Below the pieces are notes generated by a model. It saw nothing but the letters and a program-made list of their open reading frames with translations, was not told the DNA's origin and searched no databases. Shown here piece by piece: positions 39,014-54,997 of a stretch of DNA of 64,000 nucleotides. This stretch comes from Chrysomallon squamiferum (Eukaryota; Animalia; Mollusca). The stretch's first letter is position 1. Every line of letters starts with the position of its first letter. The stretch is from assembly GCA_012295275.1 (NCBI GenBank), contig CM022676.1, positions 124,001 through 188,000 of the forward strand, read 5' to 3'. Made by a program: the position numbers and the translations under genes.

Positions 39014-42000
39014 ACACTTACAAATACACACACTCACACACACATATTCAGAGAAACATCTCCTACTGAATACATATACAATTGTAAAAGAAACAGAATT
39101 GAATTAATTAAATATTGCCAGAAAATTTAATAATAAATAAACATCAGAATATTAATAAAATACAAAAGAAATAAAAAATTATGATTTGAAAAACCATTCT
39201 ATCAAACGACAAAATAAAAAAATCAGTAAATAAAATAATTTATTGTAAAAACAACAAGTTAAGTAGACAGGATAGAATAAATAAATAAATAAACAAATAA
39301 GTAAAGTATTAAACTGTATTGTGAAAAATCGATTTAATTGTTGATTTCTTTTGTGTGAAAAAATTCGAATAAATTGTTTTGATTTCTTTTATAACTTTTA
39401 CTTTCCTTAGTGAGTACATCTCACGTAATTGACCTAACACTAATCTGTGTTTGTGAACACATATCACTAAAGGGAGATAATCCATATAACTTTTACTTTC
39501 CTTAGTGAGTACATCTCACATAACGGACCTAAGTGTAATGTTTGTTAGTGAACACATATCACTAAAGGGAGAGAAGTCTAATCGATATAATTTTTACTTT
39601 CCTCAGTGAGTACATCTCACATAACGGACCTAACTGTAATCTGTGTTTGTGAACACATATCACTAAAGGGAGATAAGTCTAATCCATATAATTTTTACTT
39701 TCCTTAGTGAGTACATCTCACATAACGGACCTAAGTGTAATGTTTGTTAGTGAACACATATCACTAAAGGGAGAGAAGTCTAATCGATATAATTTTTACT
39801 TTCCTCAGTGAGTACATCTCAAGTAAGGGACCTAACTGTAATCTGTGTTTGTGAACACATATCACTAAAGGGAGATAAGTCTAATCCATATAATTTTTAC
39901 TTTCCTCAGTGAGTACATCTCACATACGGGACCTAACTGTAATCTGTGTTAGTGAACACATATCACTAAAGGGAGATAAGTCTAATCCATATAATTTTTA
40001 CTTTCCTTAGTGAGTACATCTCACGTACGGGACCTAACTGTAATGTTTGTTAGTGAACACATATCACTAAAGGGAGAAAAGTCTAATCGATATCATTTTT
40101 AGTTTCCTTAGTATATATATATATATATATAAAACTTTACAAATACACACACACACAAACACACATATCAGAGAAACATCTCCTACTGAATACATATACA
40201 ATTGTAAAAGAAAAACAGAATTGAATTAATTAAATATTGCCAGAAAATTTAATAATAAATAAACATCAGAATATTAATTTCCTTATACAAAAAGAAATAA
40301 AAAATTATGATTTGAAAAACCATTCTATCAAACGACAAAATAAAAAAATCAGTAAATAAAATAATTTATTGTAAAAACAACAAGTTAAGTAGACAGGATA
40401 GAATAAATAAATAAATAAACAAATAAGTAAAGTATTAAACTGTATTGTGAAAAATCGATATAATTGTTGATTTCTTTTGTGAGTACACCTCACGTAATGG
40501 ACCTAACACTAATCTGTGTTTGTGAACACATATCACTAAAGGGAGATAAGTCTAATCCATATAATTTTTACTTTCCTTAGTGAGTACATCTCACATAACG
40601 GACCTAAGTGTAAGGTTTGTTTGTGAACACATGTCACTAAAGGGAGATAAGTCTAATCCATATAATTTTTACTTTCCTTAGTGAGTACATCTCACATAAC
40701 GGACCTAAGTGTAATGTTTGTTAGTGAACACATATCACTAAAGGGAGAGAAGTCTAATCGATATAATTTTTACTTTCCTCAGTGAGTACATCTCAAGTAC
40801 GGGACCTAACTGTAATCTGGGCTGGTGAACACATATCACTAAAGGGAGATAAGTCTAATCGATATAATTTTTACTTTCCTTAGTGAGTACATCTCACGTA
40901 CGGGACCTAACTGTAATGTGTGTTAGTGAACACATATCACTAAAGGGAGAGAAGTCTAATCGATATCATTTTTAGTTTGCTTAGTATATATATATATATA
41001 TATATAGAAACACTTACAAATACACACACTCACACACACATATTCAGAGAAACATCTCCTACTGAATACATATACAATTGTAAAAGAAACAGAATTGAAT
41101 TAATTAAATATTGCCAGAAAATTTAATAATTAATAAACATCAGAATATTAATAAAATACAAAAGAAATAAAAAATTATGATTTGAAAACCATTCTATCAA
41201 ACGACAAAATAAAAAAAAAATCAGTAAATAAAATAATTTATTGTAAAAACAACAAGTTAAGTAGACAGGATAGAATAAATAAATAAATAAACAAATAAAT
41301 AAAGTATTAAACTGTATTGTGAAAAATCGATATAATTGTTGATTTCCTTTGTGAGTACATCTCACGTAATGGACCTAACACTAATCTGTGTTTGTGAACA
41401 CATATCACTAAAGGGAGATAAGTCTAATCCATATAATTTTTACTTTCCTTAGTGAGTACATCTCACATAACGGACCTAAGTGTAAGGTTTGTTAGTGAAC
41501 ACATATCACTAAAGGGAGATAAGTCTAATCCATATAATTTTTACTTTCCTTAGTGAGTACATCTCACATAACGGACCTAACTGTAATCTGTTGTTTGTGA
41601 ACACATGTCACTAAAAGGGAGATAAGTCTAATCCATATAATTTTTACTTTCCTTAGTGAGTACATCTCACATAACGGACCTAACTGTAATGTTTGTTAGT
41701 GAACACATATCACTAAAGGGAGAGAAGTCTAATCGATATAATTTTTACTTTCCTCAGTGAGTACATCTCAAGTACGGGACCTAACTGTAATCTGGGTTGG
41801 TGAACACATATCACTAAAGGGAGATAAGTCTAATCCATATAATTTTTACTTTCCTTAGTGAGTACATCTCACGTAACGGACCTAACTGTAATGTGTGTTA
41901 GTGAACACATATCACTAAAAAGGGAGAGAAGTCTAATCGATATCATTTTTAGTTTGCTTAGTATATATATATATATATATAGTGAACATATCACTAAAAT

Positions 42001-42048
42001 GGGAGAACACATATCACTAAGTATAATCGATATCATTTTTAGTTTGCT

Positions 42049-42100
<52 letters not shown>

Positions 42101-42944
42101 TATTCAGAGAAACATCTCCTACTGAATACATATACAATTGTAAAAGAAACAGAATTGAATTAATTAAATATTGCCAGAAAATTTAATAATAAATAAACAT
42201 CAGAATATTAATAAAATACAAAAAGAAATAAAAAATTATGATTTGAAAACCATTCTATCAAACGACAAAATAAAAAAAATCAGTAAATAAAATAATTTAT
42301 TGTAAAAACAACAAGTTAAGTAGACAGGATAGAATAAATAAATAAGTAAACAAATAAATAAAGTATTAAACTGTATTGTGAAAAATCGATATAATTGTTG
42401 ATTTCTTTTGTGAGTACATCTCACGTAATGGACCTAACACTAATCTGTGTTTAGAACACATATCACTAAACACATATCACTAAAGGGAGATAAGTCTAAT
42501 CCATATAATGTTTTTAATTTTCCTTTCCTTAGTGTGATCTACATCTCACATAACGGACCTAAGTGTAATCTCAAGGTTTGTTTGTGAACACATATCACTA
42601 AAGGGAGATAAGTCTAATCGATATAATTTTTACTTTCCTTAGTGAGTACATCTCACATAACGGACCTAAGTGTAATGTTTGTTAGTGAACACATATCACT
42701 AAAGGGAGAGAAGTCTAATCGATATAATTTTTACTTTCCTCAGTGAGTACATCTCAAGTACGGGACCTAACTGTAATCTGGGCTGGTGAACACATATCAC
42801 TTAAGGGAGATAAGTCTAATCCATATAATTTTTACTTTCCTTAGTGAGTACATCTCACGTACGGGACCTAACTGTAATGTGTGTTAGTGAACACATATCA
42901 CTAAAGGGAGAGAAGTCTAATCGATATCATTTTTAGTTTGCTTA

Positions 42945-42982
<38 letters not shown>

Positions 42983-44255
42983 ACACTTACAAATACACAC
43001 ACTCACACACACATATTCAGAGAAACATCTCCTACTGAATACATATACAATTGTAAAAGAAACAGAATTGAATTAATTAAATATTGCCAGAAAATTTAAT
43101 AATAAATAAACATCAGAATATTAATAAAATACAAAAGAAATAAAAAATTATGATTTGAAAAACCATTCTATCAAACGACAAAATAAAAAAAACAGTAAAT
43201 AAAATAATTTATTGTAAAAACAACAAGTTAAGTAGACAGGATAGAATAAATAAATAAATAAACAAATAAATAAAGTATTAAACTGTATTGTGAAAAATCG
43301 ATATAATTGTTGATTTCTTTTGTGAGTACATCTCACGTAATGGACCTAACACTAATCTGTGTTTGTGAACACATATCACTAAAGGGAGATAAGTCTAATC
43401 CATATAATTTTTACTTTCCTTAGTGAGTACATCTCACATAACGGACCTAAGTGTAAGGTTTGTTTGTGAACACATGTCACTAAAGGGAGATAAGTCTAAT
43501 CCATATAATTTTTACTTTCCTTAGTGAGTACATCTCACATAACGGACCTAACTGTAATCTTTGTTTGTGAACACATGTCACTAAAGGGAGATAAGTCTAA
43601 TCCATATAATTTTTACTTTCCTTAGTGAGTACATCTCACATAACCCTAACTGTAATCGGACCTAACTGTAATCCATGTGTTTTTCCTTAGTGAACACATA
43701 TCACTAAAGGGAGATAAGTCTAATCGATATAATTTTTACTTTCCTTAGTGAGTACATCTCACATAACGGACCTAAGTGTAATCTTTGTTAGTGAACACAT
43801 ATCACTAAAGGGAGAGAAGTCTAATCGATATAATTTTTACTTTCCTTAGTGAGTACATCTCACATAACGGACCTAACTGTAATCTTTGTTAGTGAACACA
43901 TGTCACTAAAGGGAGATAAGTCTAATCCATATAATTTTTACTTTCCTTAGTGAGTACATCTCACATAACGGACCCTAAGTGTGTAATGTTTGTTAGTGAA
44001 CACATATCACTAAAGGGAGAGAAGTCTAATCGATATAATTTTTACTTTCCTCAGTGAGTACATCTCAAGTACGGGACCTAACTGTAATCTGGGCTGGTGA
44101 ACACATATCACTTAAGGGAGATAAGTCTAATCCATATAATTTTTACTTTCCTTAGTGAGTACATCTCACGTACGGGACCTAACTGTAATGTGTGTTAGTG
44201 AACACATATCACTAAAGGGAGAGAAGTCTAATCGATATCATTTTTAGTTTGCTTA

Positions 44256-44289
<34 letters not shown>

Positions 44290-45138
44290 CACTTACAAAT
44301 ACACACACTCACACACACATATTCAGATAAACATCTCCTACTGAATACATATACAATTGTAAAAGAAACAGAATTGAATTAATTAAATATTGCCAGAAAA
44401 TTTAATAATTAAATAAACATCAGAATATTAATAAAATACAAAAGAAATAAAAAATTATGATTTGAAAAACCATTCTATCAAACGACAAAATAAAAAAAAA
44501 TCAGTAAATAAAATAATTTATTTTATTGTAAAAACAACAAGTTAAGTAGACAGGATAGAATAAATAAATAAATAAACAAATAAATAAAGTATTAAACTGT
44601 ATTGTGAAAAATCGATATAATTGTTGATTTCTTTTGTGAGTACATCTCAAGTAATGGACCTAACACTAATCTGTGTTTGTGAACACATATCACTAAAGGG
44701 AGATAATCCATATAACTTTTACTTTCCTTAGTGAGTACATCTCACATAACGGACCTAAGTGTAAGCTTTGTTAGTGAACACATATCACTAAAAAGGGAGA
44801 TAAGTCTAATCGATATAATTTTTACTTTCCTTAGTGAGTACATCTCAAGTAACGGACCTAACTGTAATCTGGGTTGGTGAACACATATCACTAAAGGGAG
44901 AAAGTCTAATCGATATAATTTTTTTTACTTCCTCAGTGAGTACATCTCAAGTACGGGACCTAACTGTAATCTGGGCTGGTGAACACATATCACTAAAGGG
45001 AGATAAGTCTAATCCATATAATTTTTACTTTCCTTAGTGAGTACATCTCACGTACGGGACCTAACTGTAATGTGTGTTAGTGAACACATATCACTAAAGG
45101 GAGAGAAGTCTAATCGATATCATTTTTAGTTTGCTTAG

Positions 45139-45169
<31 letters not shown>

Positions 45170-48100
45170 CTTACAAATACACACACTCACACACACATAT
45201 TCAGAGAAACATCTCCTACTGAATACATATACAATTGTAAAAGAAACAGAATTGAATTAATTAAATATTGCCAGAAAATTTAATAATTAAATAAACATCA
45301 GAATATTAATAAAATACAAAAGAAATAAAAAATTATGATTTGAAAAACCATTCTATCAAACGACAAAATAAAAAAATCAGTAAATAAAATAATTTATTGT
45401 AAAAACAACAAGTTAAGTAGACAGGATAGAATAAATAAATAAGTAAACAAATAAATAAAGTATTAAACTGTATTGTGAAAAATCGATATAATTGTTGATT
45501 TCTTTTGTGAGTACATCTCACGTAATGGACCTAACACTAATCTGTGTTTGTGAACACATATCACTAAAGGGAGATAAGTCTAATCCATATAATTTTTACT
45601 TTCCTTAGTGAGTACATCTCACATAACGGACCTAAGTGTAAGGTTTGTTAGTGAACACATATCACTAAAGGGAGAGAAGTCTAATCGATATAATTTTTAC
45701 TTTCCTCAGTGAGTACATCTCAAGTACGGGACCTAACTGTAATCTGGGTTTGTGAACACATATCACTTAAGGGAGATAAGTCTAATCTATATAATTTTTA
45801 CTTTCCTTAGTGAGTACATCTCACGTACGGGACCTAACTGTAATGTGTGTTAGTGAACACATATCACTAAAGGGAGATAAGTCTAATCCATATAATTTTT
45901 ACTTTCCTTAGTGAACACATATCACACATAAGGGACCTAAGTGTAATCGATATCATTTTTAAAGGAGTTTGCTTAGTATAGTATATATATATATATATAT
46001 ATATAAACACTTACAAATACACACACTCACACACACATATTCAGAGAAACATCTCCTACTGAATACATATACAATTGTAAAAGAAACAGAATTGAATTAA
46101 TTAAATATTGCCAGAAAATTTAATAATAAATAAACATCAGAATATTAATAAAATACAAAAGAAATAAAAAATTATGATTTGAAAAACCATTCTATCAAAC
46201 GACAAAATAAAAAAAAAGTCAGTAAATAAAATAATTTATTCTAAAAACAACAAGTTAAGTAGACAGGATAGAATAAATAAATAAGTAAACAAATAAATAA
46301 AGTATTAAACTGTATTGTGAAAAATCGATATAATTGTTGATTTCTTTTGTGAGTACATCTCACGTAATGGACCTAACACTAATCTGTGTTTGTGAACACA
46401 TATCACTAAAGGGAGATAAGTCTAATCCATATAATTTTTACTTTCCTTAGTGAGTACATCTCACATAACGGACCTAAGTGTAAGGTTTGTTTGTGAACAC
46501 ATGTCACTAAAGGGAGATAAGTCTAATCCATATAATTTTTACTTTCCTCAGTGAGTACATCTCACATAATGGACCTAACTGTAATCTGTGTTTGTGAACA
46601 CATATCACTAAAGGGAGATAAGTCTAATCCATATAATGTTTACTTTCCTTAGTGAGTACATCTCACATAACGGACCTAAGTGTAAGGTTTGTTTGTGAAC
46701 ACATGTCACTAAAGGGAGATAAGTCTAATCCATATAATTTTTACTTCCTTAGTGAGTACATCTCACATAACGGACCTAAGTGTAATGTTTGTTAGTGAAC
46801 ACATATCACTAAAGGGAGAGAAGTCTAATCGATATAATTTTTACTTTCCTCAGTGAGTACATCTCAAGTACGGGACCTAACTGTAATCTGGGCTGGTGAA
46901 CACATATCACTTAAGGGAGATAAGTCTAATCCATATAATTTTTACTTTCCTTAGTGAGTACATCTCACGTACGGGACCTGACTGTAATGTGTGTTAGTGA
47001 ACACATATCACTAAAGGGAGAGAAGTCTAATCGATATCATTTTTAGTTTGCTTAGTATATATATATATATATATATATAAATATATACACATACAAATAC
47101 ACACACTCACACACACATATTCAGATAAACATCTGCTACTGAATACATATACAATTGTAAAAGAAACAGAATTGAATTAATTAAATATTGCCAGAAAATT
47201 TAATAATTAATAAACATCAGAATATTAATAAAATACAAAAGAAATAAAAAATTATGATTTGAAAAACCATTCTATCAAACGACAAAATAAAAAAAATCAG
47301 TAAATAAAATAATTTATTGTAAAAACAACAAGTTAAGTAGACAGGATAGAATAAATAAATAAGTAAACAAATAAATAAAGTATTAAACTGTATTGTGAAA
47401 AATCGATATAATTGTTGATTTCTTTTGTGAGTACATCTCAAGTAATGGACCTAACACTAATCTGTGTTTGTGAACACATATCACTAAAGGGAGATAATCC
47501 ATATAACTTTTACTTTCCTTAGTGAGTACATCTCACATAACGGACCTAAGTGTAAGGTTTGTTAGTGAACACATATCACTAAAGGGAGATAAGTCTAATC
47601 GATATAATTTTTACTTTCCTCAGTGAGTACATCTCAAGTACGGGACCTAACTGTAATCTGGGCTGGTGAACACATATCACTAAAGGGAGAGAAGTCTAAT
47701 CGATATAATTTTTACTTTCCTCAGTGAGTACATCTCAAGTACGGGACCTAACTGTAATCTGGGCTGGTGAACACATATCACTTAAGGGAGATAAGTCTAA
47801 TCCATATAATTTTTACTTTCCTTAGTGAGTACATCTCACGTACGGGACCTGACTGTAATGTGTGTTAGTCAACACATATCACTAAAGGTAGAGAAGTCTA
47901 ATCGATATCATTTTTAGTTTGCTTAGTGTATATATATATATATATAGAAACACTTACAAATACACACACTCACACACACATATTCAGAGAAACATCTCCT
48001 ACTGAATACATATACAATTGTAAAAGAAACAGAATTGAATTAATTAAATATTGCCAGAAAATTTAATAATTAATAAACATCAGAATATTAATAAAATACA

Positions 48101-51100
48101 AAAGAAATAAAAAATTATGATTTGAAAAACCATTCTATCAAACGACAAAATAAAAAAAATCAGTAAATAAAATAATTTATTGTAAAAACAACAAGTTAAG
48201 TAGACAGGATAGAATAAATAAATAAGTAAACAAATAAATAAAGTATTAAACTGTACTGTGAAAAATCGATATAATTGTTGATTTCTTTTGTGAGTACATC
48301 TCAAGTAATGGACCTAACACTAATCTGTGTTTGTGAACACATATCACTAAAGGGAGATACTCCATATAACTTTTACTTTCCTTAGTGAGTACATCTCACA
48401 TAACGGACCTAAGTGTAAGCTTTGTTAGTGAACACATATCACTAAAGGGAGAGAAGTCTAATCGATATAATTTTTACTTTCCTCAGTGAGGACATCTCAA
48501 GTACGGGACCTAACTGTAATCTGGGCTGGTGAACACATATCACTAAAGGGAGATAAGTCTAATCGATATAATTTTTACTTTCCTTTGTGACTACATCTCA
48601 CGTATGCGACCTAACTGTAATGTGTGTTAGTGAACACATATCACTAAAGGGAGAGAAGTCTAATCGATATCATTTTTAGTTTGCTTAGTATATATTTATA
48701 TATATAGTAACACTTACAAATACACACACTCACACACACATATTCAGTGAAACATCTCCTACTGAATACATATACAATTGTAAAAGAAACAGAATTGAAT
48801 TAATTAAATATTGCCAGAAAATTTAATAATAAATAAACATCAGAATATTAATAAAATAGAAAAGAAATAAAAAATTATGATTTGAAAAACCATTCTATCA
48901 AACGACAAAATAAAAAAATCAGTAAATAAAATAATTTATTCTAAAAACATCAAGTTAAGTAGACAGGATAGAATAAATAAATAAGTAAACAAATAAATAA
49001 AGTATTAAACTGTATTGTGAAAAATCGATATAATTGTTGATTTCTTTTGTGAGTACATCTCACGTAATGGACCTAACACTAATCTGTGTTTGTGAACACA
49101 TATCACTAAAGGGAGATAAGTCTAATCCATATAATGTTTACTTTCCTTAGTGAGTACATCTCACATAACGGACCTAAGTGTAAGGTTTGTTTGTGAACAC
49201 ATGTCACTAAAGGGAGATAAGTCTAATCCATATAATTTTTACTTTCCTCAGTGAGTACATCTCACGTACGGGACCTAACTGTAATGTGTGTTAGTGAACA
49301 CATATCACTAAAGGGAGATAAGTCTAATCCATATAATTTTTACTTTCCTTAGTGAGTACATCTCACATAACGGACCTAAGTGTAAGGTTTGTTTGTGAAC
49401 ACATGTCACTAAAGGGAGATAAGTCTAATCCATATAATTTTTACTTTCCTTAGTGAGTACATCTCACATAACGGACCTAAGTGTAATGTTTGTTAGTGAA
49501 CACATATCACTAAAGGGAGAGAAGTCTAATCGATATAATTTTTACTTTCCTCAGTGAGTACATCTCAAGTACGGGACCTAACTGTAATCTGGGCTGGTGA
49601 ACACATATCACTTAAGGGAGATAAGTCTAATCCATATAATTTTTACTTTCCTTAGTGAGTACATCTCACGTACGGGACCTGACTGTAATGTGTGTTAGTG
49701 AACACATATCACTAAAGGAGAGAAGTCTAATCGATATCATTTTTAGTTTGCTTAGTATATATATATATATATATATAACACTTACAAATACACACACTCA
49801 CACACACATATTCAGATAAACATCTGCTACTGAATACATATACAATTGTAAAAGAAACAGAATTGAATTAATTAAATATTGCCAGAAAATTTAATAATTA
49901 ATAAACATCAGAATATTAATAAAATACAAAAGAAATAAAAAATTATGATTTGAAAAACCATTCTATCAAACGACAAAATAAAAAAATCAGTAAATAAAAT
50001 AATTTATTGTAAAAACAACAAGTTAAGTAGACAGGATAGAATAAATAAATAAATAAACAAATAAATAAAGTATTAAACTGTATTGTGAAAAATCGATATA
50101 ATTGTTGATTTCTTTTGTGAGTACATCTCAAGTAATGGACCTAACACTAATCTGTGTTTGTGAACACATATCACTAAAGGGAGATAATCCATATAACTTT
50201 TACTTTCCTTAGTGAGTACATCTCACATAACGGACCTAAGTGTAAGCTTTGTTAGTGAACACATATCACTAAAGGGAGAGAAGTCTAATCGATATAATTT
50301 TTACTTTCCTCAGTGAGTACATCTCAAGTACGGGACCTAACTGTAATCTGGGCTGGTGAACACATATCACTAAAGGGAGATAAGTCTAATCGATATAATT
50401 TTTACTTTCCTGAGTGAGTACATCTCACATAACGGACCTAAGTGTAATGTTTGTTAGTGAACACATGTCACTAAAGGGAGATAAGTCTAATCGATATCAT
50501 TTTAATTTCCTTAGTATATATATATATATATATATAGAAACACTTACAAATACACACACTCACACACACATATTCAGAGAAACATCTCCTACTGAATACA
50601 TATACAATTGTAAAAGAAACGGAATTGAATTAATTAAATATTGCCAGAAAATTTAATAATAAATAAACATCAGAATATTAATAAAATACAAAAGAAATAA
50701 AAAATTCTGATTTGAAAAACCATTCTATCAAACGACAAAATAAAAAAATCAGTAAATAAAATAATTTATTGTAAAAACAACAAGTTAAGTAGACAGGATA
50801 GAATAAATAAATAAGTAAACAAATAAATAAAGTATTAAACTGTATTGTGAAAAATCGATATAATTGTTGATTTCTTTTGTGAGTACATCTCACGAAATGG
50901 ACCTAACACTAATCTGTGTTTGTGAACACATATCACTAAAGGGAGATAAGTCTAATCCATATAATTTTTACTTTCCTTAGTGAGTACATCTAACATAACG
51001 GACCTAAGTTTAAGGTTTGTTAGTGAACACATATCATTAAATGGATAGAAGTCTAATCGATATAATTTTTACTTTCCTCAGTGAGTACATCTCAAGTAAG

Positions 51101-51949
51101 GGACCTAACTCTAATCTGTGTTTGTGAAGACATGTCACTAAAGGGAGATAAGTCTAATCCATATAATTTTTACTTTCCTCAGTGAGTACATCTCAAGTAC
51201 GGGACCTAACTGTAATCTGTGTTTGTGAACACATATCACTAAAGGGAGATAGGTCTAATCGATATCATTTTTAGTTTGCTTAGTATATATATATATATAT
51301 ATATAAAAACACTTACAAATACACACACTCACACACACATATTCAGAGAAACATATCCTACTGAATACATATTCAATTGTAAAAGAAACAGAATTGAATT
51401 AATTAAATTTTGCCAGAAACTTTAATAATAAATAAACATCAGAATATTAATAAAATACAAAAGAAATAACAAATTATGATTTGAAAAACCATTCTATCAA
51501 ATGACAAAATATAAAAATCAGTAAATAAAATAATTTATTGTAAAAACAACAAGTTAAGTAGACAGGGATAGAATAAATAAATAAGTAAACAAATAAATAA
51601 AGTATTAAACTGTATTGTGAAAAATCGATATTATTGTTGATTTCTTTTGTGAGTACATCTCACGTAATGGACCTAACACTAATCTGTGTTTGTGAACACA
51701 TATCACTAAAGGGAGATAAGTCTAATCCATATAATTTTTACTTTCCTTAGTGAGTGCATCTCACATAACGGACCTAAGTGTAAGGTTTGTTAGTGAACAC
51801 ATATCACTAAAGGGAGAGAAGTCTAATCGATATAATTTTTACTTTCCTTAGTGAGTACATCTCAAGTAAGGGACCTAAGTGTAATCTGTGTTTCTGAACA
51901 CATATCTCTAAAGGGAGACAATTCTAAACGATATGATTTTTAGTTTGCT

Positions 51950-51991
<42 letters not shown>

Positions 51992-54150
51992 ATACACATA
52001 CAAATACACACACTCACATACACAAACACACATACAGAGAAACATCTGGTACTGAATGCAGATAAAATTGTAAAATTGTTGTTTTTACAATAAATTATTT
52101 TATTTACTGAGTTTTTTATTTTGTCATTTGATAGAATGGGTTTTTAATTTCAGAATTTATTATTTCTTTTGTATTTTATTAATATTCTGATATTTATTTA
52201 TTATTATATTTTCTGGGAATTTTTGATTAATTGAATTTTGTTTCTTTTACAATTTTATCTGCATTCAGTACCAGATGTTTCTCTGTATATGTATGTGTGT
52301 ATGTGAATGTGTGTATTTGTATGTGTATCTATATATATATATATTTGGTAACCAAACTAAAGATCACATCCTTTAGAATGATCTCCCTTTAGTGATATGT
52401 GTTCACAAACAAAGATTAGAGTTAGATCCCTTACCTGAGATGTATTCACTGAGGAAAGTAAAAATTATATGGATTAGACTTATCTCCCTTAAGTGATATG
52501 TGTTCACTGGCCCAGATGTTTCTCTGTATATGTATGTGTGTATGTGAATGTGTGTAATTGTATGTGTGTCTATATATATATATACTAAGCAAACTAAAAA
52601 CCTTTAGTCATATGTGTCCACTAACACACATTAGAGTTAGGTCCCTTACGTAAGATGTACTCACTAAGCAAAGTAGAAATTATATGGATTAGACTTATCT
52701 CCCTTTAGTGATACGTGTTCACAAACACAGATTAGTGTTAGGTCCATTTCTTGAGATGTTCTCACTAAGGAAAGTAAATATTGTATAGATTAGACTTATT
52801 TTCTTTTAGTGAAATGTTTTCACAAACACAGATTAGAGTTACGTCCATTACTTGAGATGTACTCACTCAGCACAGTAAGAAGTATATCGATCAGACTTAT
52901 CTCCCTTTAGTGATATGTGTTCTCGAACAGAGATTAGAGTTAGGTCCCTTACTTGAGATGTACTCACTAAGGAAACTAAAAATTATATCGATTTTCCACA
53001 TACGCAGAGAAACATCTGAGATGTACTCGATTTTAAAATGTATTGTGAAAAATCGATATAATTTTTGGTTTCCTTAGTGAATACATCTCACGTAAGGGAC
53101 CTAACTCTAATCTGTGTTCGTGAACGCATATCACTAAAGGGAGATAAATCTATTCCATATAATTTTTACTTTCCTCAGTGAATACATCTCAAGTAATTGA
53201 CCAAACTCTAGTCTGTGTTTCTGAACACATATCACTAAAGCGAGATAATTCTAAAGGATATGATTTTTAGTTTGCTTAGTATATATATATATAGATAGAT
53301 AGATACACATATCATTACACACACTCACATACACAAACACATATAAAGAGAAACGTCTGTTACTGAATGGAGATAAAATTGTAAAAGAAAGAAAATTCAA
53401 TTAATTAAAAATTCCCAGCAAATTTAATAATAAATAAATATCAGAATATTAATAAAATACAAAAGAAATAATAAATTCTGCATTTAAAAACCCAGTCTAT
53501 CAAATGACAAAATAAAAAACTCAGTAAATAAAATAATTTATTGTAAAAACAAGTAAAGTAGACATTATAGAATATATAAATAAGTAAAGAAATAAATAAA
53601 GTATCAAACTGTTTTTTGGAAAATCGATACAATTTTTAGTTTCCTTAGTGAGTACATCTCACGTAAGGGAACTAACTCTAATCTGTGTTCTTGAACGCAT
53701 ATCACTAAAGGGAGATAAGTCTAATCGATAAAATTTTTACTTTCCTCAGTGAATACATCTCAAGTAAGGTACCTAACTCTAATCTTTGTTTGTGAACACA
53801 TATCACTAAAAGGAGATAAGTCTGGTCTATATAATTTTTACATTCCTTAGTGAGTACATCTCAAGTAATGGACCAAACTCTAGTCTGTGTTTCTGAACAC
53901 ATATCACTAAAGATAGATAAGTCTAATCCATATAATTTTTAGTTTGCTTAGTGAGTACATCTCATATAACGGACCTAAGTGTAAGGTTTGTTTGTGAACA
54001 CATGTCACTAAAGGGAGATAAGTCTAATCCATATAATTTTTAGTTTGCTTAGTGAGTACATCTCACGTAAGGGACCTAACCGTAATGTGTGTTAGTGAAC
54101 ATATATCACTAAAGGGCGATAAGTCTAATCGATATCATTTTTAGTTTGTA
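33435..54150. repeat. Composite satellite: about 19 modules of [(TA)n-(CA)n AT-rich spacer of about 360-400 bp + 2-27 copies of a 101-bp monomer]
   Basis: Monomer period 101 (34001 to 34102). Spacer begins at about 33435, 35012, 35852, 38943, 40110, 40983, 41960, 42944, 44255, 45137, 45975, 47054, 47925, 48687, 49754, 50513, 51282, 51952, 53278. Confidence 0.95.
52075..53000 (-). repeat. Inverted block of the composite satellite
   Basis: Spacer and monomers appear as reverse complements (gagatgtactcactaagg; ccctttagtgatatgtgttcac). Confidence 0.9.
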
Positions 54151-54753
54151 TACCACGTATATTTTCAGTGAAGGTCAGACTTTCTTGGATATTCGCCATA
54201 TGGCTATGTTATGGGATGGAATGAATTTTTTTTTTTACCATCATAATACTTGCAGGATATTGTTGATTAAATTAACTCAGTGTAAGTTTAATCCAGTTCG
54301 AAGATCAAAATAAGCGCTAATTAAATATCGAAATATGATAACCTAAGATAAACAAAATGCACAACTTCAATATGAAAACATACGCTAAGACAATATATTC
54401 AGATTAACTGCGTTAACGGATGCTCTTTGCCAGGAAGTAGGAACAGCGATTTCTAATTGTCGGAACTTTTAAATCTCTCTCATTTCGGTGTTGTGTAAAA
54501 CATGTTTTTCAGGAGACCGGGCTGACACCAGGCGTGTCTCTCTCAGTGTTTGAATGAATGTGTGTCTTCAGACGCCTAGTAGATACCATTTATTTTATTA
54601 CTTTTGTGTTCGTGCTTTAAGACTGTGTACACGACTGAATACTATTTTGTTTTCAGACTGTGATACTGAACACGACTGACTACTATTTTGTTTTCAAACT
54701 ATTTTGAGAGAAAAGAAAGTAAAGAAAAAAGATAAAAAAAAAAAATAGATAAT

Positions 54754-54814
<61 letters not shown>

Positions 54815-54997
54815 AATAATAGTGCACATAATTAAAAAAAAACAAAGCTTTATAAGTGAATTCTTAAAATAATTATTATTTCGTTTATCTGCTGATTAAT
54901 CACATGAAAATATGACGATAATTAGTATCACAGGTCTAGTTGAGAATATTACAAACACGTGTACATTGACTTTATATTAAGTGTTTGTTATCTGCAG

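Noticed and set aside
36039-53632. Recurrent - strand ORFs MRCTHKRNQQLYRFF... as a multigene family
   Set aside because: They are translations of the AT-rich satellite spacer, with frame-breaking indels between copies and no domain.
33800-54150. CRISPR-like appearance (palindromic repeat plus short variable segment)
   Set aside because: The variable segments are a few recurring point variants, not unique spacers; there are no cas genes; the context is eukaryotic.
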